Below, piece after piece: positions 13,620 through 26,190 of a DNA stretch of 64,000 nucleotides. Position 1 is the first letter of the stretch. Every line of letters starts with the position of its first letter. A program made the position numbers and the translations under genes. The stretch spans positions 36,208,001 to 36,272,000 of the forward strand of contig OZ024756.1 of assembly GCA_964016885.1 (NCBI GenBank), in the 5' to 3' direction. Under the pieces are notes generated by a model. The model was not told the origin of the DNA. It did not search any database and was given only the letters and a program-made list of their open reading frames with translations. Source of the stretch: Eledone cirrhosa (Eukaryota).

Positions 13620-14900
13620 CATTAGGGGAGTGGAGTGTGGCAATGGGGGGAGGGTGTATAGTGGAGTGTAGCAATGTAGGGGGGTGTATAGTGGAGTGTA
13701 GCAATGGAGGGGGTGGGGGTGTATAGTGGAGTGTAGCAATGGAGGGGGTGGGGGTGTATAGTGGAGTGTAGCAATGTAGGGGGGGGGGTATAGTGGAGTG
13801 TGGCAATGGGGAGTGAGGTAAAGGTGGGGAGAATTTATTGATGTCTTTTTGTAAATCTGCAGCTGGTGATTCTTTTCTGAGTAACTGGTTGTTGTTAGTG
13901 GTATGGTGGTGGTGGTGGTGATGATGGTAGTGGTATGGCAGTAGTAGTAGTGGTGGTGGTGGTAGTGGTATGGCAGTAGTAGTAGTGGTGGTAGTATGGC
14001 TGTAGTAGTAGTGGTGTAATAGTGGTATGGCAGTAATAGTAGTAGTAGTAGTGGTGGTGGTGGTAGTATGGCTGTAGTAGTAGTGATAGTGGTGGTCGTG
14101 GATGGCTTATAGTGATAGTGGTGTTTATGGGTGGTAGGGATGATGATAAAAGTGATGGTTTGTGGCAGCAGCAATGAAGAAGTTTGAAAGAATGGGGTGG
14201 GGTGGAAGTGGTAGGGAGTGGGGCAAATTTCTTTGATTGGATTTTATTCCAGTTGTTGTATGACCTCCAAAGACAATAGAAGAAATAGCACAACAACAAC
14301 AACAGCACCACCACCAACAACATTAGCATCACCATTACTACCAACACCAGGGACACCACAAACAGTACAGTACCATCAGCACAACAGCACAGCAGCACCA
14401 ACATCAGCACCAGTACCACCAGCAGCACAACACCATCAGCACCAGGGACGCCACTAACATCACCAGTACCACCAACATCAGCACCAGTACCACCAACATC
14501 AGCACCAGTACCACCAACAGCACAGCTCCAGTACCAACAACAACATCAGCACTAGTACCACCAACAGCACAACAGCAACACCACCAACAACAACACAACA
14601 CCACCACCAACAGCAGCACCACCAACGGCAACACAGCACCACCACCACCAACAACAACACAGCACCACCACTAACAGCAACACAGCACCACCAACAGCAA
14701 CACAGCACCACCACCACCAACAACAGCAGCACCACCACCAACAGCAACACAGCACCACCACCACCAACAGCAGCAGCACCACCACCAGCAACACTAACGC
14801 AACACAGCACCACTACCAACAGCACAGCACCAGCATCTGCAATACCAACACCACTACCATCACAACCAACAAAATCATTGCCACTGCCAACAACAACACT
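13620..14900. repeat. Intergenic low-complexity block
   Basis: GTATAGTGGAGTGTAGCAATG+poly-G units, then (GGT/AGT)n and (CAC/CAA/CAG)n arrays. Confidence 0.85.
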
Positions 14901-14977
14901 AAGAACCTCTAACCTCACAACAAAGTGACCCCTATACCAGTGGAGGTACAAACTAGAGTTATCTCAGCACTCTCAAC

Positions 14978-15400
14978 ATGCATTGTACTAAAAGGTAAGT
15001 GTTATGACATAACTCTGATTAATCCTTTAACCCTTTAGCATTTTAAACCAGCCGTATCTGGCCAGAATTCTCTCACCTTTCTGTTCAAACCAGCAGTAAC
15101 CAGTTGCTCATACTGACGTTATGGTATTGTTCTCAAAATTAATAACATCAAAATGTCATAGATTTGATATTATGTGAGAAAATAATGTAAGGTAAAGCAT
15201 TTACCACAAAAATACAATAGTAAAATATAGAGTAATGTAAATTCTAAAGGGTTAACGCCATACCATCTAAAACTCTGGTTCTCTATGGTAAAAAGCAGTT
15301 TATTTTTATATGAAGGTCTGCTGAGAAGTTCATAGGCTTACTATGAAGGATTGATGCTAGAGTTGTGAAATCTTGGATAGATTAATTTCAACTCTTGTAA

Positions 15401-15436
<36 letters not shown>

Positions 15437-15862
15437 GTTTATGTATATATATATGTGTGTGTGTGTATATATATATATGTGTGTGTGTATATATATATGT
15501 GTGTGTGTGTGTGTGTATATATATGTGTGTGTGTGTGTGTATATATATATGTGTGTGTATATCATTTCACGTCCGCTTTTTCCCTGCTTGCAAGGGTGGG
15601 ACGGGAACTGATGCTGGCTTCATTTCTACAGCTGGATGCCCTTGCTAACACCAACGTCATTTACAGTGAGTGCTGGGTGCTTTTTACAGTGGAATGATAG
15701 GGAACCCAGTCCCTATCATCTCATTTCTACAGCTGAGTAAACTGGAGCAATGTGAAATAAAGTGTCTTGCTCAAGGAAACAACACATCACCCGGTCTGAG
15801 AATTGAACTCACAACCTTTCGATTGCAAGCCCAATGCTCTAACCACTAAGCCATGTGCCTCC

Positions 15863-15893
<31 letters not shown>

Positions 15894-17976
15894 TGTATGT
15901 GTTTGTGTTTGTGTGTGTGGCACAACGTATCTTTTCTATCCAACTCATGCAAACATGGAAAATTGGATGTAAAATGATGATGATTTGTGAATTACAGGGG
16001 AAAGTTATCGGTACTGTCCATTGGTGTATTGGTAGCTATGATACTCATCTGTTACTTCTACCTGATCCAAAAGTCAAAATTCCACTTTGCTGTCTCCAGT
16101 TCCAAATTGGTAGAATATAACCATGCTGCTATCACCAGCGATTCTTCAAGGTGTTCCAAACTTGGAATGTAAGTCACTCTTTCTTATTAAAATCATGCCA
16201 TCTTCCTTTACTATTAATTTCATCTTTACTATATATCTTTAATTTCTACATTATTCTATGTACTATACATGCACCCTTTGATGAGTTGTAGTGCACCTGA
16301 GCACTGTACACAATAATTTTCATTATTTATGGTAGATTGGCAGAATCGGTAGAGGGTCGGACGCCATGCTTTGCAGCAAAGAGTTACAACCTTTTATGGT
16401 CTGAGTTCAAATCCCGCCGAGGTTAGCTTTGCCTTTCATCCTTACGGGGTCGATAAAATAAAGTACCAGTAATACACTGGAATAATTGCTGGCCTTGTGC
16501 CAAAAGTAGAAACAATTATTTATTATAATATTTAAATCTTTACAATATTTATATCTTTGCAATATTCACATCTTTACACAATATTTACATCTTTTATAAT
16601 ATGTACACCTTTTACAGTATTCACATCATTACAGTATTCACATCATTATAATATTCACATCACTTATAATATTTACATCATCACCATCATCATAATCATC
16701 ATAATCATCATTTTTACATTCATTTTCCATTCTTGTGTGAGTTGACAAGTCCTCTCAATACAACCTCCCTTCACTTGTCTCTGTCTTTTGTCATCTTCCT
16801 TGTGAGGTACAGCATTATATTTTGAGGTTTCTGCTTTCATCATTTCTGTCGCCATGTCTTCCATGGTTTTCCCACTTTATATATGTTTCTTTCTTTGCTT
16901 TCGTGGGTTAAATGAGTCTTCTCCAGCAGGGTGTCATGCCACTTGTCACTTTCCTTTGTCATTTTGTTTGGAAGGCACAACATTCTGAAAACAGCTCTCA
17001 TCACATCTGTTGGGGGGTCTTCCTTGGCTTGTGAGGCTCAACATTCTGAGATCAGCTCTCAGTTTATCTGTTAGGACCTTTTTATGGCTTGTGAGGCTCA
17101 ACATTCTGAGAACAGCTCTCACTACATCTGCCTGGGTCATCCTTGGCTTGGGAAGCTTAACATTCTTAGAACAGCTCTCAGTGCATCTGTCAGGACCTTT
17201 TTATTGCTTGCGATACTGACCGTTTTGAGAACAGCTCACACTGTATCTGTTAGGGTCATCCTTGGCTTGGGAAGCTCAACATTCTCAGAACAGCTCTCAG
17301 TGCATCTGTCAGGACCTTTTTATGGCTTGTGATACTGACTGTTTTGAGAACAGCTCACACTGTATCTGTTAGGGTCATCCTTGGCTTGGGAAGCTCAACA
17401 TTCTCAGTGCATCTGTCAGGACCTTTTTATGGCTTGTGATACTCAACATTGTGAGATCATCTCTCATTATATCTATACGATATTAACATATATTCAATAT
17501 TCACATCTTTACAACATTCAGAGTTTTACACTATTCACATTTTTTAAATTTTCTTCTACTGGTTTCTGTCATTAGACGGAGGCCAAGCTGGGGCACCAGC
17601 ACCATCTGTACAATATACACTAATGTTGATGTATGTATGTTTTAAATAGGTCATTCCTGAAGGAGAAGAATGGAAGTACAGTTGATTCCATCATTGTCAC
17701 TTTGGTCTGTATGGAGCTCGACCAACCAATGTCCACTGGACTTGGTGCCAGTTTAATTATGAATATCTATGACAGGTCAGTGGAACACTCTCTCCCTCCT
17801 CTCCTCCTCCTACACTACACCCCGTCCGTCCCCAGATAGTAATAATGATGATAATAATGATGATGTTGTTATTGCTGTTGTAGTAAATCTCAGAAGACTG
17901 TCATCATAGATGCCTCTGGTAGATCACCATACCATGTGACTAACCTGACTAAGTCATACCTGACAGGTAACTAAAC

Positions 17977-18037
<61 letters not shown>

Positions 18038-18215
18038 ACAAAGGAATTGTGGTAAGGAACCAGATGGACCATAACGCACCAGAGTACTCAATACTTAGAG
18101 TAGTAGAGTGGGAAATAGGAAAAAATATGACCCCAACAGCAGAGCTCAAGCCGTTTCGATGGCTATTCTGGACAAGTCCAGCAGCTTGAGCTCTGCCGTC
18201 GGGGTCATATTTTTT

Positions 18216-18258
<43 letters not shown>

Positions 18259-21200
18259 TTGTCACTTTGTTACTTCTTCATGTTATAACTGTTGTTGCTG
18301 TTGTTGTTCCTGTCCATGTTATAACTGTTGTTGTTATTGTTGTTGTTGTTGCTGCTACTGTTGTTGTTATTGTTGATATTATTATTGCTGTTGATGTTAT
18401 TGTTGTTGCTGCTGCTGTTGTTGTTATTGTTGATATTATTATTGCTGTTGATGTTGTTATTGTTGTTGCTGTTGCTGTTGTTGTTAATGTTATTATTATT
18501 GTTGTTGCTGTTGTTGTTATTGTTGATGTTATTGCTGTTGATATTGTTACTATCATTGTCGTTGCTATTGTTATTGCTGTTGTTGTTTATTGCAGGTCCT
18601 TCATCTGTGACTGTACCTGGCCAGTTGTATGGTCTGTGGCAGGCACACCAGATGTATGGTTCATTACCATGGAAACAGCTGTTTGATCCTGTGATACACC
18701 TAGCAACACATGGTTTCAATGTCTCCCACTCTCTGGCTAACACCCTAAATGAAATGGAATCTGAAATTAAAGAGCGATCCTTTCTCAGGTCAGTGAAATA
18801 AGGATCAGAGGTCAGATCCTATTGTTTTTAACTTTTATGTTGTTGATTATCTACAGCCGAGATATAATCACTTCATTAGCTTATATATAACTATATATTA
18901 ACAGAGAGCTATATATCACTATATATTAACAGAGAGCTATATATAACTATATATAACTATATATTAACAGAGAGCTATATATATAACTATATATTAACAG
19001 AGTTATATATCACTATATATTAACAGAGAGCTATATATCACTATATATTAACAGAGAGCTATATATAACTATATATAACTATATATTAACAGAGAGCTAT
19101 ATATATAACTATATATTAACAGAGAGCTATATATATAACTATATATTAACAGAGAGCTATATATCACTATATATTAACAGAGAGCTATATATCACTATAT
19201 ATTAACAGAGAGCTATATATTAATAAGACTACTGGACATGTATATCAAGAAGGAGACCACATGAAACATCCAAGACTAGCAAAAACATTGAGCGTGATTT
19301 CTGATGAAGGATACCTTGCTGTATATAATGGATCCCTGTCTCACGCCATTATTGAAGATCTTAGAGAAGCTGGAGAAGGTGGGTTATTGAACTGTCAATT
19401 AATTTATCTAGTTCACTCATGTGTATGAATACAGGTGCGTGTATGAGTATGACTGTGTAATTATATATATAAAAAATTTAATATAGAAATGGCTTCTACA
19501 AGACTAGAACTGTTTCATTCAAAAGAAATCGTCATGATCGAATGAAATGGTTCTAGTCCTGTAGAAGCCATTTCATTATACATACATTATACATACACAC
19601 ATATATATATATATATATATATACACACCGAGGTATCCACAGTAAGTTGTGGGGTCTATTCTGCATGAAGAACTCGATGTAATCCATATGTTGAAAATGT
19701 TGTAGGTTCAGATAAATCCCGGAAAACAATAAAACATTAAAAGGAAACAGAGTCATGATATAAGTTAAACCAATGAAATAAAAAATCAAGTCATTAGAGA
19801 TATACTTCACTGCTTTAGAAACGATCGTAAAGCAGTGAAGTATATCTCTAATGACTTGATTTTTTATTTCATTGTTTTAACTTTATATATATTATCTTAA
19901 TATATATGATGATGATGATGATGATATATCTAATATATATATTTGTGAAATATATATATATAATGTAAACAGTCAATGATGATGTCCCTTCCTTTTATCT
20001 TACAAACAAAATTGGTTTATACTTCAGAAAATAACCTTAGTTGTTGTTACTGTTCTTGCTATTGCTACTGTTGTTGTTGTTGTGGCCCTTAATTTTCAGA
20101 CTCCCTGATGACCTTGAGTGACCTCACCTCTTACAATGTGAAGTTTCCAGCCCCTTTAAAAACCAGACTGACCAATGGTGACCTCCTATTGGTGGCGCCA
20201 CCACCTTCAAGTGGAGTATTGGTGCAACTGATACTCAATATTTTGGACAGTAAGATCTTTTGTCATCTTATCACCCATCTTGTCATTTGTCACCTTGACC
20301 CTATCATTTGTCATCTTGTCATCAGTCATGTATCTCTTACCCAGACCACATCACCACCACCACCACTACCACCACCACCATCACAACCCGGCATCACCAC
20401 CACCACCACCACCACTGTCACTACACAATCATCACCACCACAACAAGCACCTTCACCACCAGTACCACCACCACCACTACCATACCAGAAGCACTGTTAC
20501 TATGACATTAATCCCCATCCCCACCACCACCACTGTAACATTAATCCCCACCACCACCACCACAACATTAATCCCCACCACCACCACCACTGTTACACTA
20601 ATCCCCACCACCACCACCACCACCACTGTTACACTAATCCCCACCACCACCACCACCACCACCACTGTTACACTAATCCCCACCACCACCACCACCACTG
20701 TTACACTAATCCCCATCACCACCACCACCACTGTTACACTAATCCCCACCACCACCACCACCACCACCACCACCACCACCACCACCACTGTTACACTAAT
20801 CCCCACCACCACCACCACCATCTTCTATTACAGTGTACCAGTTCAGTCCCAACCAACGCAGCAACTACAACCTGTTTGCCACAGCACTACACAGAATAAT
20901 TGAAACATTCAAGTTTGCCTACAGCTTCCATTCCAGGCTGGAGGATCCTGACTTTCATAGTGTAACACAGGTGAGTCACACTGGAGGGTGTAACACAGGG
21001 CAGTGACACTAGAGGGTGTAACACAGGGCAGTGACATTTGAGGGTGTAACACAGGGGAGTGACACTGGAGGGTGTAACACAGGGCAGTGACATTTGAGGG
21101 TGTAACACAGATAGGTTACACTGCATTGTGTAACACAGGGGAGTAACTGTTGAGGATGTAAAACCAGTGAATGTGGAGATGATGAGGGTGTTGGAGGTGA

Positions 21201-24127
21201 TGATGATGGGTATGATGATGATGATGATGATGATGATTATTGTGATGATGGTGATGATGAAGTCAATGTCAATGAAAGACACTGAGCCATCCATCCATGA
21301 CACTCCAGATGATATAAACTGATTTATGTTTTATTTCTCCGTTCTCCTTCAAAGCTGCTCACCAATTTAACGTCTGCAGAGTGGGCCAGAAGGCTTAAAT
21401 CACAGATCAGTGACCACAAGACTTACAAAAGTGATCATTATAACCCTGGGGTCCTGAATGAGGAAGGTTTAGGGACCACCCACCTGAATGGTATTGGCCC
21501 TGATGGTATCGCTGTAGCAGTGTCAAGCTCACTTAACCATCGGTAGGTTACTTACACTTGTATCATACACACACAGTATACTACACAGACACACATACAC
21601 ACACAGTATACTATACATGCACACATATACCACAGACACACACACAGTATACTACACAGGCACACACAGTATACTACACATACACACATATACCACAGTA
21701 TACTACACATACACACATATACCACAGTATACTACACATACACACATATACCACAGTATACTACACAGACACACACATATGTAGCACTGTTCCATACACA
21801 CATAATATACCAGTGTACTACACATACAACACACAAAATATCAACACCAACAACACCAACAACAGTAGCAACACCAACAACAGTAACAACACCAACAACA
21901 GTAACAACACCAACAACAGTAGCAACAGTAACAACACCAACAACAGTAACAACACCAACAACAGTAGCAACACCAACAACAGTAGCAACACCAATAACAA
22001 TATCAACATCAACAGCTACAGTAACAACACCAATACCAACATCAACAGTAACAAGAACAACAACAGCAGTAACAACATTACCATCAACAACAACAACAAC
22101 AACAGCAGTATTCAGACAGCCACATGTAAATTGTCTTACTGTTTAGGTTTGGTGCCAAGATTCTGGGACGAAGGACTGGAATTTTGTTCAACAATGGAAT
22201 GGCAGCATTCTCAAGGTCGACCAGACTTGACCTCAAGTCCATACCACACCAATATCTCCCTAATTTTGTGGCACCACACAAATCTCCGATGTCGTATGCA
22301 GCACCAATTATTATGACTGACCAATCAGGTAACACCAAACTGGTTATTGGGGCCTCCGGAGGAAAAAAGATTATTTCAGCTCTCTCCTACGTAAGTTGCT
22401 TCTCGTTCTCTTTCTCTCTTTTCGTTTTATCCCTTTCTTTCTTTCTTTCTTTCTGGTCAACTGCGAACTACTGGGACATCAGTTCAAGCTCCACTCTTGT
22501 AGCTATATCACACTATATCACACTGTTGTAGCTATATCACACTATATCACACTGTTGTAGCTATATCACACTATATCACACTGTTGTAGCTATATCACAC
22601 TATATCACACTGTTGTAGCTATATCACACTATATCACACTGTTGTAGCTATATCACACTGTTGTAGCTATATCACACTATATCACACTGTTGTAGCTATA
22701 TCACACTGTTGTAGCTATATCACACTATATCACACTGTTGTAGCTATATCACACTGTTGTAGCTATATCACACTATATCACACTGTTGTAGCTATATCAC
22801 ACTGTTGTAGCTATATCACACTATATCACACTGTTGTAGCTATATCACACTATATCACACTGTTGTAGCTATATCACACTGTATCACACTGTTGTAGCTA
22901 TATCACACTGTTGTAGCTATATCACACTATATCACACTGTTGTAGCTATATCACACTATATCACACTGTTGTAGCTATATCACACTGTTGTAGCTATATC
23001 ACACTATATCACACTGTTGTAGCTATATCACACTGTTGTAGCTATATCACACTATATCACACTGTTGTAGCTATATCACACTGTATCACACTGTTGTAGC
23101 TATATCACACTGTATCACACTGTTGTAGCTATATCACACTGTTGTAGCTATATCACACTATATCACACTGTTGTAGCTATATCACACTATATCACACTGT
23201 TGTAGCTATATCACACTATATCACACTGTTGTAGCTATATCACACTATATCACACTGTTGTAGCTATATCACACTGTTGTAGCTATATCACACTGTTGTA
23301 GCTATATCACACTGTTGTAGCTATATCACACTATATCACACTGTTGTAGCTATATCACACTATATCACACTGTTGTAGCTATATCACACTATATCACACT
23401 GTTGTAGCTATATCACACTATATCACACTGTTGTAGCTATATCACACTATATCACACTGTTGTAGCTATATCACACTGTATCACACTGTTGTAGCTATAT
23501 CACACTGTTGTAGCTATATCACACTGTATCACACTGTATCACACTGTTGTAGCTATATCACACTGTTGTAGCTATATCACACTGTATCACACTGTTGTAG
23601 CTATATCACACTGTTGTAGCTATATCACACTATATCACACTGTTGTAGCTATATCACACTATATCACACTGTTGTAGCTATATCACAAGTGTACCTTTCC
23701 GTATCTTCATTACAATAACAACAACTATTATTACTACTACTACTACTACTACTACTACTACAATATATAACATATGTAACATATATATATATCATCATCA
23801 TCATCATCATTTTACGTCCGCTTTTCCCTGCTTGCAAGGGTGGAACGGGAACTGATTCTGGCCTGATTTCTACAGCTGGATGCCCTTCCTAACACCAACC
23901 TCATTTTACAGTGAGTGCTGGGTGCTTTTTTTGCCGTGGCACCTCCACGACCACTTTGCAGTGGAATGATATGGACCCCAGTCCCTATCATCTAATTTCT
24001 ACAGCTGAGTAAACTGGAGCAACGTGAAATAAAGTGTCTTGCTCAAGGAAACAACACATCACCCGGTCCGATCTCACAACCTTTCGATTGTAAGGCCAAT
24101 GCTCTAACCACTAAGCCATGTGCCTCC

Positions 24128-24186
<59 letters not shown>

Positions 24187-25747
24187 TAAATATATATATA
24201 CACAAAAACAATATATATATATAAATATTTATACACACATAGGTGATGAACAATTTCATGTGGTTCAATGACACCATCAAAGAAGCTATTGATGCCCTCA
24301 GAGTTCACAACCAGATTCTTCCAAGAGAAACCAATTCAGAAAACTATTTGCCAAGGGTAAGTAAACTACAATATTTAATTCCTCCTCGTTAATTTTGTTA
24401 ATTAGAGATATTTGTAATTGGAAAGGAGTGAGGCTTAACTCTACGTTTCTCAGTTGAAATCCATCTGAGGTCAACTTTGTCTTTCATCCTTCCAGGGTTG
24501 ATAAAATAAAGTACCAGTAATGTACTGCAGTCTATGTAATTGACTGTTCCTCTCCTTTTGGATTGCTGGACTTGTGTCTAAAGTAGAAATTATTATTAGT
24601 TCAAATCCTGGTGCTGTTAACTTTGTCTTTCATACTTCCAGGGTTGATAAAATAAAATGTCAGTCACATAATGGAGTCAATAACTTACTCCTGTTGAGGT
24701 TAACTTTACCTTTCATCCTTACAGGGGTCGATAAAATAAAGTACCAGTAATGCACTGGGGTCGATTTAATCGACTTTCCCCTCCCACCCAAAATTGTTGC
24801 CCTTGTGCCTATATTAGAAACCATTATTATTATTATAATAAAGTACCAGTAATGTACTGGGTAATTGATGGCCTTGTGCCAAAAGTAGAAACAATTATTA
24901 TTATTATAATTGTGGATTGTCAGTATCGGTAGAGGGTCGGACGCCATGCTTTGCAGCATAGAGTTACGGCCCTTTATGGTCTGAGTTCAAATCCCGCCGA
25001 GGCTAACTTTGCCTTTCATCCTTACGGGGTCGATAGAATAAAGTACCAGTAACGCACTGGGATAATTGCTGGCCTTGTGCCAAAAGTAGAAACAATTATT
25101 ATTATTATTGTTGTTCTTTGAGTCTCAGTCATTGATGTTGAAATGAATATCAAGCCGCTACCTGCAGCCTCAGATATTCAGGACGTATCGGAGGGTTCTT
25201 GCTGTTCCCAGCAAGCATGTTTTTTGAAGTGTTCCAAAAAATGGGGCTGAACTAATCTTCTTTAACCATCCTTGGAAACTCTTTGAGATAGTAGCTAGTG
25301 TTCCTATGATAATCGGGATGACCTTGATCTCATGGCAGTTCCAAATCCCTTTTAACTCCCACTTTAAATCCTTATTATTGTTATTATTATGGCAGTATCG
25401 GTAAAGGGTTGGATGCCATGCTTTCCAGCATAGTTACGTCCCTTTACGATCTGAATTCAAATCCCACCGAGGTTGACTTTGCCTTTCATCCTTACGGGGT
25501 CGATACAATAAAGTACCAGTAATGCACTGGGTAATTGCTGGCCTTGTGGCTAAAGTAGAAACAATTATTATTATTATTATTATTTTCTATGTGTTTATTT
25601 CAGAAGGTGATTGAGAAGCTGATGAAACTCGGACACAACATCACAAGTTATGGACGTCTCTCACTTGTTCAGGGAATAGTCCAGAACAATGGCAGTCTCC
25701 AAGTTAACATTGATTATAGAAGTGGAGTAGATCCAGCAGGGTTCTAG
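14978..25747 (+). CDS. Gamma-glutamyltransferase (glutathione hydrolase) family protein with divergent substrate pocket (578 aa, 12 coding exons)
   Basis: Exons 14978-14994, 15998-16168, 17650-17775, 17884-17966, 18596-18788, 19209-19378, 20100-20249, 20834-20970, 21355-21542, 22147-22390, 24243-24356, 25604-25747; 1737 nt in frame. N-terminal signal-anchor, HAAITSDSSRCS, SVTVPGQLYG..AHQMYGSLPW, PPPSSG, HRIIETFKFAY, G|TTHL (catalytic Thr, 21475-21477), GILFNN, IGASGG, RVHNQILP, C-terminal DPAGF*. The short first exon is the least certain. Confidence 0.93.
15561..15862 (-). mobile_element. tRNA-headed SINE, second family
   Basis: Minus strand: GGAGGCACATGGCTTAGTGGTTAGAGC head, CCTTGAGCAAGACACTT central domain, GGGCATCCAGCTGTAGAAA, 3' GCGGACGT; other copies at 23791-24128 (-) and 45110-45290 (+). 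Confidence 0.8.
16331..16518 (+). mobile_element. tRNA-derived SINE (most abundant family here)
   Basis: A box TGGCAGAATCGG, B box GTTCAAATCC, GCCTTTCATCCTTACGGGGTCGATAAAATAAAGTACCAG central domain (Meta-domain-like), (ATT)n tail. Confidence 0.85.
16975..17470. repeat. ~58-60-bp degenerate tandem repeat (GGT intron 2)
   Basis: About 8 units of CTCAACATTCTGAGAACAGCTCTCA...TGGCTTG, with two alternating subtypes. Confidence 0.85.
18115..18220. mobile_element. Hairpin-forming Penelope-like remnant
   Basis: ~37-bp inverted arms ATAGGAAAAAATATGACCCC...GAGCTCAAGC, inserted between (TA)n tracts. Confidence 0.55.
18890..19220 (+). repeat. Tandem array of the GGT exon-6 splice acceptor (11 copies)
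   Basis: Unit ATATATTAACAG|AGAGCTATATAT(C/A)ACT, 26-38 bp; the last copy (AG at 19207-19208) continues into the coding exon. Confidence 0.9.
19486..19574. mobile_element. Hairpin-forming Penelope-like remnant
   Basis: ~35-bp inverted arms; same family as 8710-8840 and 63104-63300. Confidence 0.55.
19771..19874. mobile_element. Perfect 47-bp inverted repeat (Penelope-like remnant)
   Basis: Arms 19771-19817 and 19828-19874; loop GAAACGATCG. Confidence 0.6.
20960..21145 (+). repeat. 28-bp tandem array of the GGT exon-8 donor (7 copies)
   Basis: GTGTAACACAG recurs at 20960, 20988, 21016, 21044, 21072, 21100 and 21128; only the first is followed by GT. Confidence 0.88.
22492..23687. repeat. 1.2-kb compound minisatellite (GGT intron 10)
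   Basis: Interspersed 19-bp CTGTTGTAGCTATATCACA and 10-bp CT(A/G)TATCACA units. Confidence 0.95.
23791..24128 (-). mobile_element. tRNA-headed SINE, second family, (GAT)n tail
   Basis: Colinear with 15561-15862. Confidence 0.8.
24460..25110 (+). mobile_element. Tandem cluster of SINE copies and fragments
   Basis: At least four repeats of the TTTCATCCTT..GGG(T/G)(T/C)GATAAAATAAA domain separated by (ATT)n tails; another copy at 25390-25565. Confidence 0.8.
25116..25373 (-). mobile_element. R4/Dong-like non-LTR retrotransposon 3' end (restriction-like endonuclease C-terminus)
   Basis: Minus strand open frame KDLKWELKGIWNCHEIKVIPIIIGTLATISKSFQGWLKKISSAPFFGTLQKTCLLGTARTLRYVLNI*; flanked by (TAA/ATT)n. 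Confidence 0.75.
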
Positions 25748-26006
25748 AACAGGGATCATTATAACATAGGAAGGGGATCATTACAAAACAGAAAGGAGAC
25801 AAAGAAATCTATCCCCAAATACACTATGTCCCTTCCTAACAAAATTTAACCACCCCCTCACACACACAAACATACCCTATCCACACACAAACATACTCCC
25901 CACAGAACCCTACAATATCCCCACAAAACAAAAAAGAAAAGAAAAAAAAGAAGGAACATTCATTGAACTTACTTGTAGAAGAATTTAGATGTTTTCAGAT
26001 GTAGCA

Positions 26007-26190
26007 GTCCACCCAGAGAGACCAAAGGTTGGAAATATTGCTTGAGGTTATCTTAGTCTACTGATGGACATTTGAAGATATTTTACAATGGACTGGTCCA
26101 TCCAGAGGGACCAAAGGCTGGAAATGTTGTTTGAGTCTGTCTCAGCCTACTGATGGACATTTGAGGACATTTTACAATGGACTGGTCCAT
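26007..26190 (+). repeat. ~90-bp direct tandem duplication in GGT 3' region
   Basis: Two copies of GTCCA.CCAGAG.GACCAAAGG.TGGAAAT...CTACTGATGGACATTTGA.GA.ATTTTACAATGGACTGGTCCAT. Confidence 0.8.

Noticed and set aside
16331-16420. tRNA-like A and B boxes
   Set aside because: These are heads of multicopy SINEs with no complete cloverleaf, so they are not called tRNA genes.
19300-19320. CTGATGAAGGA hammerhead-like start
   Set aside because: Lies in GGT coding sequence (S-D-E-G) with no stem II-GAAA; likewise ~36230 in COG8.
14978-25747. GGT gene as a pseudogene or bacterial horizontal transfer
   Set aside because: Full open frame, 11 canonical introns, a signal-anchor and colinearity with animal GGT1 argue against both.
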